A stretch of DNA of 64,000 nt from Octopus vulgaris. Its lineage: Eukaryota. The stretch spans positions 94,922,001-94,986,000 of the forward strand of contig OX597818.1 in NCBI GenBank assembly GCA_951406725.2, read 5' to 3'. The position numbers and the translations under genes are program-made. Position 1 is the first letter of the stretch; every line of letters begins with the position of its first letter. Shown here one piece after another: positions 36,414-48,421 of this stretch. The notes under the pieces were generated by a model, which was not told the DNA's origin, did no database searches, and was given only the letters and a program-made list of their open reading frames with translations.

Positions 36414-36810
36414 CAAGAAGTATCGCCCGGCGTTACTCGGGTTTGTAAGGGAAATAACTATATAAGCATTTTTAGAGATGTAAAGTATAATAGCCATCTC
36501 AATATGGCTAACCACAAAGGGGGGGTGTTACTGTAGCTTTTTACGTTCTGAGATTTAATAATAAATTTTTTAGAGAGTTACTTCCCTTATATATGCCAAA
36601 AGTGCATTAAAAATGGGAAAAATTGATGGTAAATTTTTTTTTAAATCGTAGACTCATCATAGACACGCGCTAATACCCAGAAGGGCTCGATATGAATCAC
36701 GACTATAAGATACCCAGTTTTGGTTAAACTGCACCGCAAAACGTGGGAGTAGTTAGGAATCTAAATCGTAGGAGACAGACAGCACACAACCTCTCTTTTA
36801 TATATAGAGA
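36414..36810 (-). mobile_element. Non-autonomous Helitron (~400 bp)
   Basis: Minus strand A|TCTCTATATATAAAAG...; subterminal hairpin CCCGAGTAACGCCGGG; ends CTTG|T; inserted between A and T with no TSD. Confidence 0.8.
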
Positions 36811-37483
36811 TATATTCTCTTATTGATTTATTTGTTTCAGTCATTTGACTGGGGCCATGCTAGATCACTGCCTTTAGTTGAAGAAATCAACTCTTTGCTG
36901 AACTGCTAAGTTATGGGGATGTAAACACACCAACATCGGTTGTCAGGCGATGGTGGTTCAGGGGTACAAACACAGACACACTAACACACACACACATAAT
37001 ATATATATATATATATATATATATACGCAACAGGTTTCTTTTAGTTTCCATCTACCAAATCCACTCACAAGGCTTTGGTTGGCCTGAGGCTATAGTAAAA
37101 GACACTTGCCCAAGGTGCCACACTGTGGGACCAAACCCAGAACCATGTAGTTCTGAGCTCAAGCTACTTACCATAGAGCCACTCCTGTCCCTGTATATAT
37201 ATATACATCATCATCATTTAACATTTATCATTTTCCATGCTGGTGTGAGTTGGATGGTTGGATAAAATCTAGTAAGCCAGGGGACTGTGCTAAGCTCTAT
37301 TGTTGGTTGTGGTATGATTTCTATCGCCAGATGCCTTTCCTAACATCTATATGTGTGTATATGATTATATGATTGATCACTAAATCCACAAGTTTTTTGT
37401 ATTCTCTTTCTGTTGAAGAGCGTAGGCTTGAAACATAAAAGACTTTCTCACTTTCCTGAGTGTCCCACTTTTCTGTAAATTTC

Positions 37484-37573
<90 letters not shown>

Positions 37574-38539
37574 ATATAAAGCAAAATTATTTTATTTCAC
37601 ATAGGTAGAAATATGGAAAAAAGAAGTTGAAAATGTACAGGGAATCTTTAAGCTGATTTATTTTTAAGGGCCTAACCAGTTCTACAGATTTTTCTCATTA
37701 TCAAAAGAGAATTGTTATTTATTAAAGGTCCATTAATCCCACAGGATCCTTACACAATCCCACCACCATTCCAATTTGACTCTGCTTATGGCGGAGAGGG
37801 TTGTGAGATTAGTTGCCCTGTAGGTAGTAATGGTAACGATGATGGTATTGCTGATGGTGATGGTAGTAGCGAGAGGTAAAGGCGCTGGTATCATTACAGT
37901 GGTAGCAGTAGTGGTGGTCATGGTTGTGGTCTTCTTCTTTGTCTATACCACATCATTTACTTTTTACTTGTTTCAGTCATTAGACTGCAGCTGTGCTGGG
38001 GCACCACTTGAAGAAGTTTTGGTCAAGTGAATCGACCCCAATACTTAATTTTGTTAAGCCTGGTACTTGTTCTATTGGTCTCTTTTGCCAAACCACTAAG
38101 TTCCAGGGATGTAAATACACTAACTCTGCTTATCAAGCAGTAGTGGGGGGAACCAGTCACCATGATTGATCACTAAATCCACAAGTTTTTTTTTTGTTCT
38201 TTCTGTGTCTATTTCCTCATATTCCTTTCCGTTGAAGAGCGTAGGCTCGAAATGTGAAAGACTTTCTCACTTTCCTGAGCGTCAAACCTGCTTGTTGTTC
38301 ATACACCAGTCTTCATCTTTTGTTTTTCTGTAAATTTCAACTATATTTCTATACGACAGACTTCTTTCAGTTTCCCTCTATCAAATTCACTCACAAGGCT
38401 TTGGTTGGCCCAAGGCTATAACAGAAGACACTTGCCCAAGGTGCTACACAGTGGGACTGAACCTGGAACTGTGTGCTTTGAAAGCAAGCTTCTTACCTCA
38501 CAGCCACTCATGGACATTAACATCAACTCAAGAGTAATT

Positions 38540-39370
38540 ATCTCAACACATTCCCTTCACTTCTATGCAAGGCTCTTGACACCTCTTATGCTAACCATAT
38601 ATCAAACAAGTCATTATATGGATCTTTACAGACAGTCAGAGGCAGTCAATCAAAACAAGGATGGTTAAAATTCATAGGCCACTGTTTTTGTGGAATGGAT
38701 CAACCTGTAATTTCACCCTTTTTTAATCATCCTGTGAGGATGTTCAAGCCTGTGTGACATATGGCTGAGAACTTATGCAAGACACAGGACTGTGCACAGT
38801 CTCAGAGTGGTGTTAGTATTGAGAGGTAATGGTACTAGAGGTGGCAGTGATAGTGGCTCTATGGTAAGTAGCTTGAACCCAGAACCACATGGTTCTGGGT
38901 TCGGTCCCACTGTGTGCCACCTTTGGCAAGTGTCTTTTACTATAGCCTCAAGCCAACCAAAGCCTTGTGAGTGGATTTGGTAGATGGAAACTGAAAGAAG
39001 CCTGTCGTATATATATATGTGGTAATGATGAAGGTGTTGGCAGTGGGTATGGTGATGATGGGGAAGTGGGAGATGGTAGTGGTGGTCAGCATCATGATCG
39101 TCATGGTTGTGGTGGTAGTGGAGGTTGTAGTGGTGATGATGGATGTTACAGGTGTTAGTGGTTGTGGTGTGGTGCTGGTGTTGATATTAGTTTTAGTGGT
39201 AGTTGTGGTAGAGATAGCAGGGATTATTGACAGTGTAAAATAGTGTATATTGTTGAACAGTTATGATAGAATGTAACAAACTTGATCTGTGAAGAGATAG
39301 AAAAAGACTCACCTACAGCTTTTCTCCTCACTGAAGTCAAGGGATGGATAGAGGACATCTTTAGAGGCCA
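38540..39370 (+). mobile_element. Highly decayed RTE-like LINE C-terminal fragment interrupted by a SINE and GTG-rich repeats
   Basis: Plus frame near 38612-38710 reads LYGSLQTV...WLKFIGHCFCGMDQPV (cf. RTE RLRFAGHC.R..DQP). Confidence 0.45.
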
Positions 39371-40931
39371 TGGGAGATATTATTAGCTAACCTTATTGTA
39401 ACCTAATCTTTTTATATCTAACCCTTATTTATTTATATTTCACTTCAGGAAATCCTCTCAGTAGATAATCCTTTGTAATCTGATATTACAGATAATCCCT
39501 TGTGCAGTATTATTTTCTGCACCAACAATGATCACTGCACATGGGTAACTAATTTATAGACTGCGAATGTATAAACCCATAAACATGAGCGTGAAAATAC
39601 ATGCATATGCAAACATGTGCACATATGCACACACATACACAAACATGCACATTTATGCATAAGCATGTACAGATACATACACATGCAAGGATGTGCACAC
39701 ATACACATAAATACACAATTATTTGTACATACAAGTAATCAAATACATGCACCCCCATACACACATACATATACCCATCTCACTCCTCCACATAGACATA
39801 TACACACACATATTTACAAATGTAAATACATGCACCTGCCATACATACATACACACACACACACACCACTCCTCCACCCATCCACCACTCCACTCATTCA
39901 TCCACCACTCCACTTACCTACAACTCCCCTCAGCCACACACTATTCCATCATTTACATACCACTCTCCCCACTCCTCCTGCTCTTCTACCCACATACCTA
40001 CCTAGAAATACATACAGACTGTTACATCTTCATATAAACTCTAATGAAAGGCAGCGAGCTGGCTGAAGCATTAGCATGCTGGGCGAAATGCGTAGTGGTA
40101 TTACATTCTCAGTTCAAATTCTGCCAAGGTCGTCTTTGCCTTTTATCTTTTTTGACTGGTCCCCTCCCCCAAAATGTCAGGCCTTGTGCCTAGAGTAGAA
40201 AAGAATATAAACTCAAATGAACAAGATGCAATTAAAACTTATAAATGTCAAAGCTAGCTCTCACAATCAGAGGTCTTGATACGGTTGCTCAACCAGTAAG
40301 AAATAGCAGTCAGATCTCCCTCAAATCACACTCTACTGTCTTAAAAAGAAGCCTAATTAAAAAGATGGATAATGCTGTCCTAGGATCCTAAATATGGGAT
40401 GGCCACAAATGGAGTGCCTTTGATCATAGGTCTGCTTGGTATAGGGCTAAACAACCTCTTTAGGAGGCCTTTAATTATGAAACTTGTTAAGACCAGAAAA
40501 TACTTCAGTCCTGAAAGGGAGTCAGATATCACATATAACAGGTGAACCAAGCACTAGGATATATGTAATGTGTCTAAGGTGAATAATGTCATCATCATCA
40601 TCCAGCAGATAACTTGCCCAGACCAATGTAACTCTTCTATATCAGACATCCAAATCGAGTATTGATCCATGAACGTCTGGCTTGGATTTTAATCACATTT
40701 GTCATTCACTAGTTGAAATATCTCATCTGTACATGCCATGACTACAGACGTTAGCAGTGGTTCACTAACTGAACTGATTGAATCTGGCCATTGAAACTCC
40801 TCTTGATTTGTTAAATGTTTGTCTCAATGCTTAAGTCATACATACACACACACACATACATGCACATAGATACATACATACATGCATGCATACATACATA
40901 CATACATACATACATACATACATACATACAT

Positions 40932-41397
40932 GATGGCCGTCCACTCGTGACTGAGGAAGACCATTGCCGACCTTCAGGAACATTGTGTGCTCTAGGACTA
41001 ACTTATATTTTGCATTTGCGGCTCCGTTGGTGGCTAATGAGCCCTTCTCTTGACAAGCATACACGACTGCAAACATTGCAGACCAAGCTTTCCCCATTCA
41101 CTATACGAGCCGTGCGCTTTCGCGCAGCTCGCCTAAGTTCTTCATGCTGGATACATGCTCTCTCAAAAGTGTCGATCCCCTCCTTAACCTGCTTCCTCCA
41201 TCTGTGGCAATGACAGGCATTGTTCTCCCAGTCAGTGTCCTGCATATCAAAGGCCTTTAACGAGGACTTAACACAATCCTTAAATCGCAGCCTTGGTTTC
41301 TGCTGGAGTCTCCTTCCATTCACAAGTTCTCCATAGAGCATCTGCTTAGGAATCCTTCGATCCTCCATTCTAATAAGGTGTCTAGTCCAACGCAACG
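40932..41397 (-). mobile_element. RTE-clade LINE 3' fragment (different subfamily)
   Basis: ORF 41003-41395(-): LRWTRHLIRMEDRRIPKQMLYGEL..QKPRLRFKDCVK..CNVCSRVCLSREGLISHQRSRKC (C-terminal zinc finger). Confidence 0.9.
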
Positions 41398-41613
41398 ATC
41401 CGCTAAGTTACGGGGATGTAAACACACCAGTATCAGTTGTCAAGCGATACATATACATATATACGATGGGCTTCTTTCACTTTCCGTCTATCAAATCCAC
41501 TCATATGGCTTTGGTCGGCCTGAGGCTAGAGTAGAAGACACTTGCCCAAGGTACCATGCAGTGGGACAGAACCCGGAACCACGTAGTTGGTAAGCAAGCT
41601 ACCTACCACACAG

Positions 41614-41659
<46 letters not shown>

Positions 41660-41951
41660 ACACACTTGTACTGCTTGACAAATTTAACTAATGAAAGAGC
41701 TTAACACATTTGAGAATTATGAACATTTTGTATACAGTATTATTTTTATAACTTTTGAAAGAAAGATACATGGCTAAGCTTATTCCAAGCTTTCATCACT
41801 TTCTCTTTCAGTCTGTAAGCAGACTTCATTTATACTTCAAGATCCATTGGTTGATCTGGGGTAATTGAAGAAGTCTCTTGCTCAAGGTATCACACACTGG
41901 GACTGATCCCAAAACCATGTGGTTGTAAAATGAACTTCTTAACTAAACAGC

Positions 41952-41993
<42 letters not shown>

Positions 41994-42391
41994 AGATTAC
42001 TCTTGCATGTTTTTGGCAACATACAGCCTAGTGCAACTAAACCAGCACCACCACCAAACCAGTTTGGTGAGCAGGGTGTCAAAAGATCTGTCAAAAGGCA
42101 GATGAACACAGAAGTGCCAACAGCCATCCACTTACATGATGTGCATATGCACAAAAACTTAGAAATTTCCAGTTTGGTATCTCTCAGTGCTCATTTAGTC
42201 ACAAAGGTAGCGTGGACTTCAAGCTGTAGTGAAGGCACCACAGCTTATCGATCGTCAGTGACCCTGTTACCTGGTAGGTTGAACCCACCAGATAACAGGG
42301 TCACTGATGATTGATATCCCCTGTTGTTGAGATTGAGTAGTGAGGTCCTTTCCTCTTCCATATTCTAGAGAAGCTACTCAGGAGAGAAACC

Positions 42392-42620
42392 TTAACCCTT
42401 TCATTACTGTATTTATTCTGAGATGCTCTGTGTTTCTTTCAATTATTTTAAATATAACAAAGAATTTAGTAAAACAACTTAGTTATCATTAAGCTAGTGT
42501 TAGGAACATAAATTGCGACTAAGGTTTGGTGGTATATTTTAATGCAAAACTTATGATAACAAGACATTTGTACTACAGAGCCAGAGTTAGTTTTGGGCGG
42601 GTTGGTAATGAAAGGGTTAC
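42392..42620. mobile_element. TTAA MITE (copy A of an inverted pair)
   Basis: TTAACCCTTTCATTAC ... GTAATGAAAGGGTTAC; reverse complement of 43233-43460. Confidence 0.85.
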
Positions 42621-42887
42621 GCCAACAGGTTTTGGGATCTGATGATGTGCTGTAAAGCTAAGTGCTTTATGGACGTGAAACCCAGAGTAATCCCATAAAC
42701 CAGCCTTCTCTAACTTTATTTATATTATGTATACACACACACATACACACCCTGGCAAGCCTGACTCCTGTAATGAGCCTTCAAAATTTTAAGTTGCATG
42801 GGGCCTCCAAATCAAACTGTTTTAAACAATAATATATGTAACTTCTGAATGTGTTGAGTGCCTCTTTCTTCCATTTGTCCACTCACT

Positions 42888-42923
<36 letters not shown>

Positions 42924-43232
42924 AACACACATATACACACATATATATAGTGTCCAGTCATTTTGTTATTAGGGCAATTCATCACCACTATCCAAGTCAG
43001 AATACCACCACATCATAAATGTTGCCTAAGCAAGTTACTGAACTGACCTTAATACAAGCTTACCCTTTTTTGTTGATATTAAGACATGAGATGAGGGGAC
43101 AGTTAGGAAAAGTGGTGACATAACCAAGACTGGAATGTAGTATCGAAATGAAAACAAAACTTAATGCATTAAAACAACATCCTTGCTAGGATTACACATC
43201 ATTGATTTCTTTCTCCCATTTCTTTTTTTTTT

Positions 43233-43460
43233 TTAACCCTTTCGATACCAACCCGGCTGAAACCACTTCTGGCTCTGAGTACAAATGTCTCATTTTCATA
43301 AGATTTGAATTAAAGTCTTCCACCAGACCTTAGTCACAATTTATGTTCCTAACACTAGCTAAATGATAACTAAGTTGTTTTACTAAATTATTTGTTATAT
43401 TTAAAATAATTGAAAGAAACACAGAGCATCTCAAAATAAATACAGTAACGAAAGGGTTAA
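43233..43460. mobile_element. TTAA MITE (copy B of an inverted pair)
   Basis: TTAACCCTTTCGATAC ... GTAACGAAAGGGTTAA. Confidence 0.85.
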
Positions 43461-44523
43461 ACTTTGTTAATCTTGTTTACATATAAAACCCTCACAACAC
43501 ACACATACACACACACATTCTTTGTTTTGTTCTGTACTGTCTATAATGTTTTTCTTAATGTAAACCTTTGTGGTTAATAAAAAAATCATTATTATTATTG
43601 AGTGAGAGAGCAGTGCATGCCATCAAAGTGACACTGGGGTAAAATATACAAAGCCCAGTATACCCATCATGACTATCCATCTGATAAGGGTACACCAGGC
43701 ACATGCATTACAACCATATGTGCATGACACGATGATCTCATATCAAGATAAACAGCACATGACCTTCAGGTGGGGCCCAGTTAGAATTTCTTTCAGGTAG
43801 AGTAGCCCATCAACTGAAGCCATAGCGTTACTTTGTTCTGACTTTCTTGTAGTGTTTTCTTGGCAGAAATATTGGGGTGATTTTTCATTGCCTTATCCTA
43901 TTGGATGATCTTTGGCCCACAGGAAGCTCATCAGTCCTTCAACAGGTCTTGTTCTTATTTCTGCTGGGTGTCCAGACACCCTCCTCACAAGAGTAGCAAG
44001 CTACTCAAGGGGGAAGTTCAGTCACCAACCATCCAACCACAAAACAGGTAGTACTGATGTACATGGTGCCAGTAGCAGGTCTAATTGGCCAGTGATGAGA
44101 TCCCTGACCTTATGGATGTGCTGTGTTTAAAAACACAATATAATCAAAGTGAGATGAAAATCATTTCATCAATAATGTTATCTTCAGACAAATAGCACTG
44201 TAGATTTGCTTTGCAGTAGTAATGTGTTTACACTAAGTATGATACATAGATTGCTATAAAAATATATTCATTTCAAATTCATCATCATCATTATTTGACA
44301 TCTACTTTTCCATGCTTGCAAGGATCAGACGAAATTTTGTTGAGGCAAACTTTCATCAGTTGGATGCCCTTCTTGTTACCAACTCTCACCTCTTTCATCA
44401 TCAAGGTAATATTTTTCTGCAGTCAGATATGTTTTTCACAGAAGTCTGGAAACAAACAACACCAGTTGTATGATGGGGATGTTTGTTTACAACCATGATG
44501 TCAAGACAGAGATGCACACACAC

Positions 44524-44564
<41 letters not shown>

Positions 44565-44808
44565 CAAACACATGCATATACAAATATATATATGAAGAAC
44601 TTCTCCCTGTTTCAGTCTATGAAATTCACTTGCAAGATTTTGGTCAACCTGGAACTGCAATAAAAAACACTTGTCCAAGGTGCCACACAGTGGAACAAAA
44701 TTCGGAAGCAAGCTTCTTAACCACACAGCCACACTTGTGTCTATGGCATATATTTATACATATTGCACATAATATTACATATTGTATATTGCACAATACA
44801 TATTTATT

Positions 44809-45638
44809 TAGATGGGATGAGGTAGTCAAGCATGACCTCAGAGCGTTGGGCCTCACTGAGGCAATGGTGAAGGACCGAGATCTCTGGAGATGTGCTGTGA
44901 CTACAAAGACCCGGGATGCTTCCGGCACCAGAACTAATTCCGCATAGCCCCTGCCCATTCAAAGTACCTTGGATCCCAGAACATCTCGCTGTGCTTGAGG
45001 AGACCTGTTGAGTCAAGTGCATGTATGTGAACATCGAAACAAATATCAATGGAAATAGTAGTTGTGATACCTGTGCCGGTGGCACATAAAAAGCACCATC
45101 CGAACGTGGCCGTTGCCAGCGCCGCCTCGACTGGCTTCTGTGCCAGTGGCACATAAAAAGCACCATCCGAACGTGGCCGATGCCAGCGCCGCCTCAACTG
45201 GCTTCTGTGCCGGTGGCACATAAAAAGCACCATCCGAACGTGGCCGTTGCCAGCGCCGCCTCGACTGGCTTCTGTGCCAGTGGCACATAAAAAGCACCAT
45301 CCGAACGTGGCCGATGCCAGCGCCGCCTCAACTGGCTTCTGTGCCGGTGGCACATAAAAAGCACCATCCGAACGTGGCCGATGCTAGCGCCGCCTTGGCT
45401 GGCACGTTAAAAGCACCAACCGATCGTGGCCGATGCCAGACCCCCCCTGGCACCTGTGCAGGTGGCACGTAAAAAGCACCCACTACACTCGCGGAGTGGT
45501 TGGCATTAGGAAGGGCATCCAGCTGTAGAAACACTGCCAGATCAGACTGGAGCCTGGTGCAGCCCCTGGCTTCCCAGACCCCGGTCGAACCATCCAACCC
45601 GTGCTAGTGCTAACGGATGTTAAACGATGATGATGATA
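44809..45638 (+). mobile_element. RTE LINE 3' end with a 67-bp tandem array in its 3'UTR
   Basis: RWDEVVKHDLRALGLTEAMVKDRDLWR C-terminus; 67-bp units from ~45075 to ~45400; (GAT)n tail. Confidence 0.9.
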
Positions 45639-46923
45639 TATTTATTTAAAATCATTTATTTTAATATGCATTAAGAAGACAACTAAAAATTAAAGTTGAA
45701 ATATTGATTTCAAATTTTGGCACAAGGCCAGCAATTTGGGGGAAGGGGTTAAGGTGATTACATTGACTGCAGTACTCAACTGATAATTATTTTATCGACC
45801 CTGAAAGGATGAAAGGCGTTGACCTCGGTGGAATTTGAACTCAGAACATAAAGATGGACAAAATGCCAGTAAGCATTTTGTCTAGTATGCTAACAGTTCT
45901 GCCAACTCACTCACTAAAAAAAAAATCATTGAAATATTAAAATGTCAGATATGGAACTGCTGCTTTAAAAAATTTTTTTTAAATTCAGAATTTTAGTTGC
46001 TTCTCTCCTTTCTAATGCAAGAGAAGCATTGTGTTTTGGATGATGAGAGGGAGGAGTCATACATTGGAAATACGGAAGGGTCAGATAGTGCCAGAGACAT
46101 CCCCAATTACACTTGAAGCATGATTTAATGAAGAAGAGAGATCCACTTTCCTAGTCTTGACAACCAGATACAGTGAAAGTCATAGAGATATGTGAGAAAA
46201 AAAAGTATGGGTGGTAGGGGTACAAGAAAGAGACACTGACAATAAAAGCCTGGCTGATAGAAGTGTGTTAGTGGTATGGGACTTAGAGGCATGAGTGATA
46301 GAGGTATGAGAGGAAGAGGTATAAGTGGAAGATGGGAGGGGTAGGAGAATGAGTGATAGAAGTATAACTGACAGAAGTATGATTCATAGAAGTGCAAGTG
46401 ACACATATGTGAGTGATAGTGGCATGAAAGATAGAGGCATAGGTGATAGATTTATTAATGGTTGGAATGCAAGTAATAAAAGTATGAGCAATACAGATGT
46501 AAATGGTAGAGATGAGAAATGAGAGATAAGTGGTAAGTGAACTGTGCAACAGAGAGATGAGTGCTAGGGGTACTCAGTGTTCTGTGACATAAATGTACAT
46601 TCAAGGCAATGCAACCGAGGGCATATAGCAATGACAGAAGAAGAACCAAAGATGAGTGGTGAAAAAGGAGCAAGAATATCATAGCAAATAGTGATGACAG
46701 GCAGAGAGTACCTATGTTTCTCTTGTTTTTTCTTTGTTTTTTTTTAGGGGGGGAGTAGGGGGGAGGTTTTTACAGCTGGATGTCCTGCCTATCACTCTTG
46801 GCATGACAAAATACACTGATGGACGGGGTGTATTTCATCATACCAAGAGTACTAGACAAGTTGTCCTTGAAAAGCTGCAGAATTCTCATTACCCCATATC
46901 ACCTCCATACATTCACTTTCTCC

Positions 46924-46998
<75 letters not shown>

Positions 46999-47900
46999 AT
47001 ATATTTATGTGTGTGTGAACATGTGTGTATGTATCTACTTGTGTCCTTCAATATATTTACATATAACCAATTTACTGGTTTACACAGTAGATTTGCTGCG
47101 AAAAATCATGTAAGTTAATGGAGATATGTTGTGAATGATATTTGTCTTGATTAACAAAAACAAAACAGCACAGAAAATGTAAACAATTATTTATAGAAAT
47201 TGAGATAAAATACAATTACCACATATGTAGACATGTATGTTTGCACATGTGTATGTGTTCGATATTGGTGACTTAATGCATTACAATATAACAATAAAGT
47301 GGCTTTATGTGTATTTCCTTTGAGTTCCCAAATCAATTTTTTTCTGTTCTTGATATAAAATGTGTTTTAGAAAAGACCAGTTCAATCAGCATTAAATATC
47401 TGCTTTAAAAAGTATGAACTGTCATTATTTTAGGTACCTGGGGTACTAAAACTTCTGCAATTCTCTTTATATTTGGTCTGCTTTTGCCATGTGTATTCAT
47501 ATTTAGAAAATTTCAACTTAAAAATTTTTTCAAGCCACCTCTTATCATGTGAAAAAGCTAGGTTTCAGTTAATTAAAACTTTGCTGATTAAAATTGCTCA
47601 ATACTGTCTGTCATATGGCAAAGCTGTCTATTGGCAATAGTTTGGTTTTTGTCTTCTCTCTTTACTCTTTACTCTCTCTTTTACTTGTTTCAGTCATTTG
47701 ACTGTGGCCATGCTGGAGCACTACCTTTAGTCAAGCAAATCGACCCCAGGACTTATTCTTTGTAAGCCTAGTACTTATTCTATCAGTCTCTTTTGCCAAA
47801 CTGCTAAGTTACGGGATGTAAACACACCAACATCAGTTGTCAAGTGATGTTGGGGAGACAAACACAGACACACAAACATATACACACACATATATGTATA

Positions 47901-48421
47901 TCATAAATCTTCGAGTATAGTCTGCCCTTGAGTATAATACGCAGGGGATTTTTAGGGGGCTGTACCTCTGAAAAACCTAAACTTCGTGTATAATACGCAC
48001 TCCTTCTCTAATTTGAGTCGTGCGTAATTAAGCCAGCAGCACCTAGTCGAACAAACACTTCCGTGCATGTGTAATACAATAATGGTGATGTTTTTAACTA
48101 TTATATGGGAATGTAAATATGTTTGCAAATTGTTTTTGTTACATGTTATTCAGTGTTCTGAATACTTTTATTTTAATAAATGTAGCTTACTGCAAGTTAT
48201 GGATAATTCTTTTAAGACTTCATTGCTTTCAGGCTTAGCTTAAGGTATTTTCATGCCCGACATCACAAAATGCATCTGAATAAACATTGCTGGACAGCAA
48301 ATAGAGACTCGGACATTGCTTAGAAAATATTCTTCATTTTTAACCTCGTATATAGTACGCACTAGGGATTTTGACCTTTAAATTTTGGGAAAAAATGTGG
48401 ATTATACTTGAGGATTTATGG
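47901..48421. mobile_element. Tc1/pogo-type MITE with TA target duplication, inserted in a SINE
   Basis: TA|TCATAAATCTTCGAGTATAGTC ... GATTATACTTGAGGATTTATGG|TA; the SINE continues on both sides. Confidence 0.8.

Noticed and set aside
46030-46710. Purine-rich tract (also ~11480-12125) as possible coding or triplex DNA
   Set aside because: Degenerate low-complexity repeat next to RTE-type tails; no sustained ORF or perfect mirror repeat.
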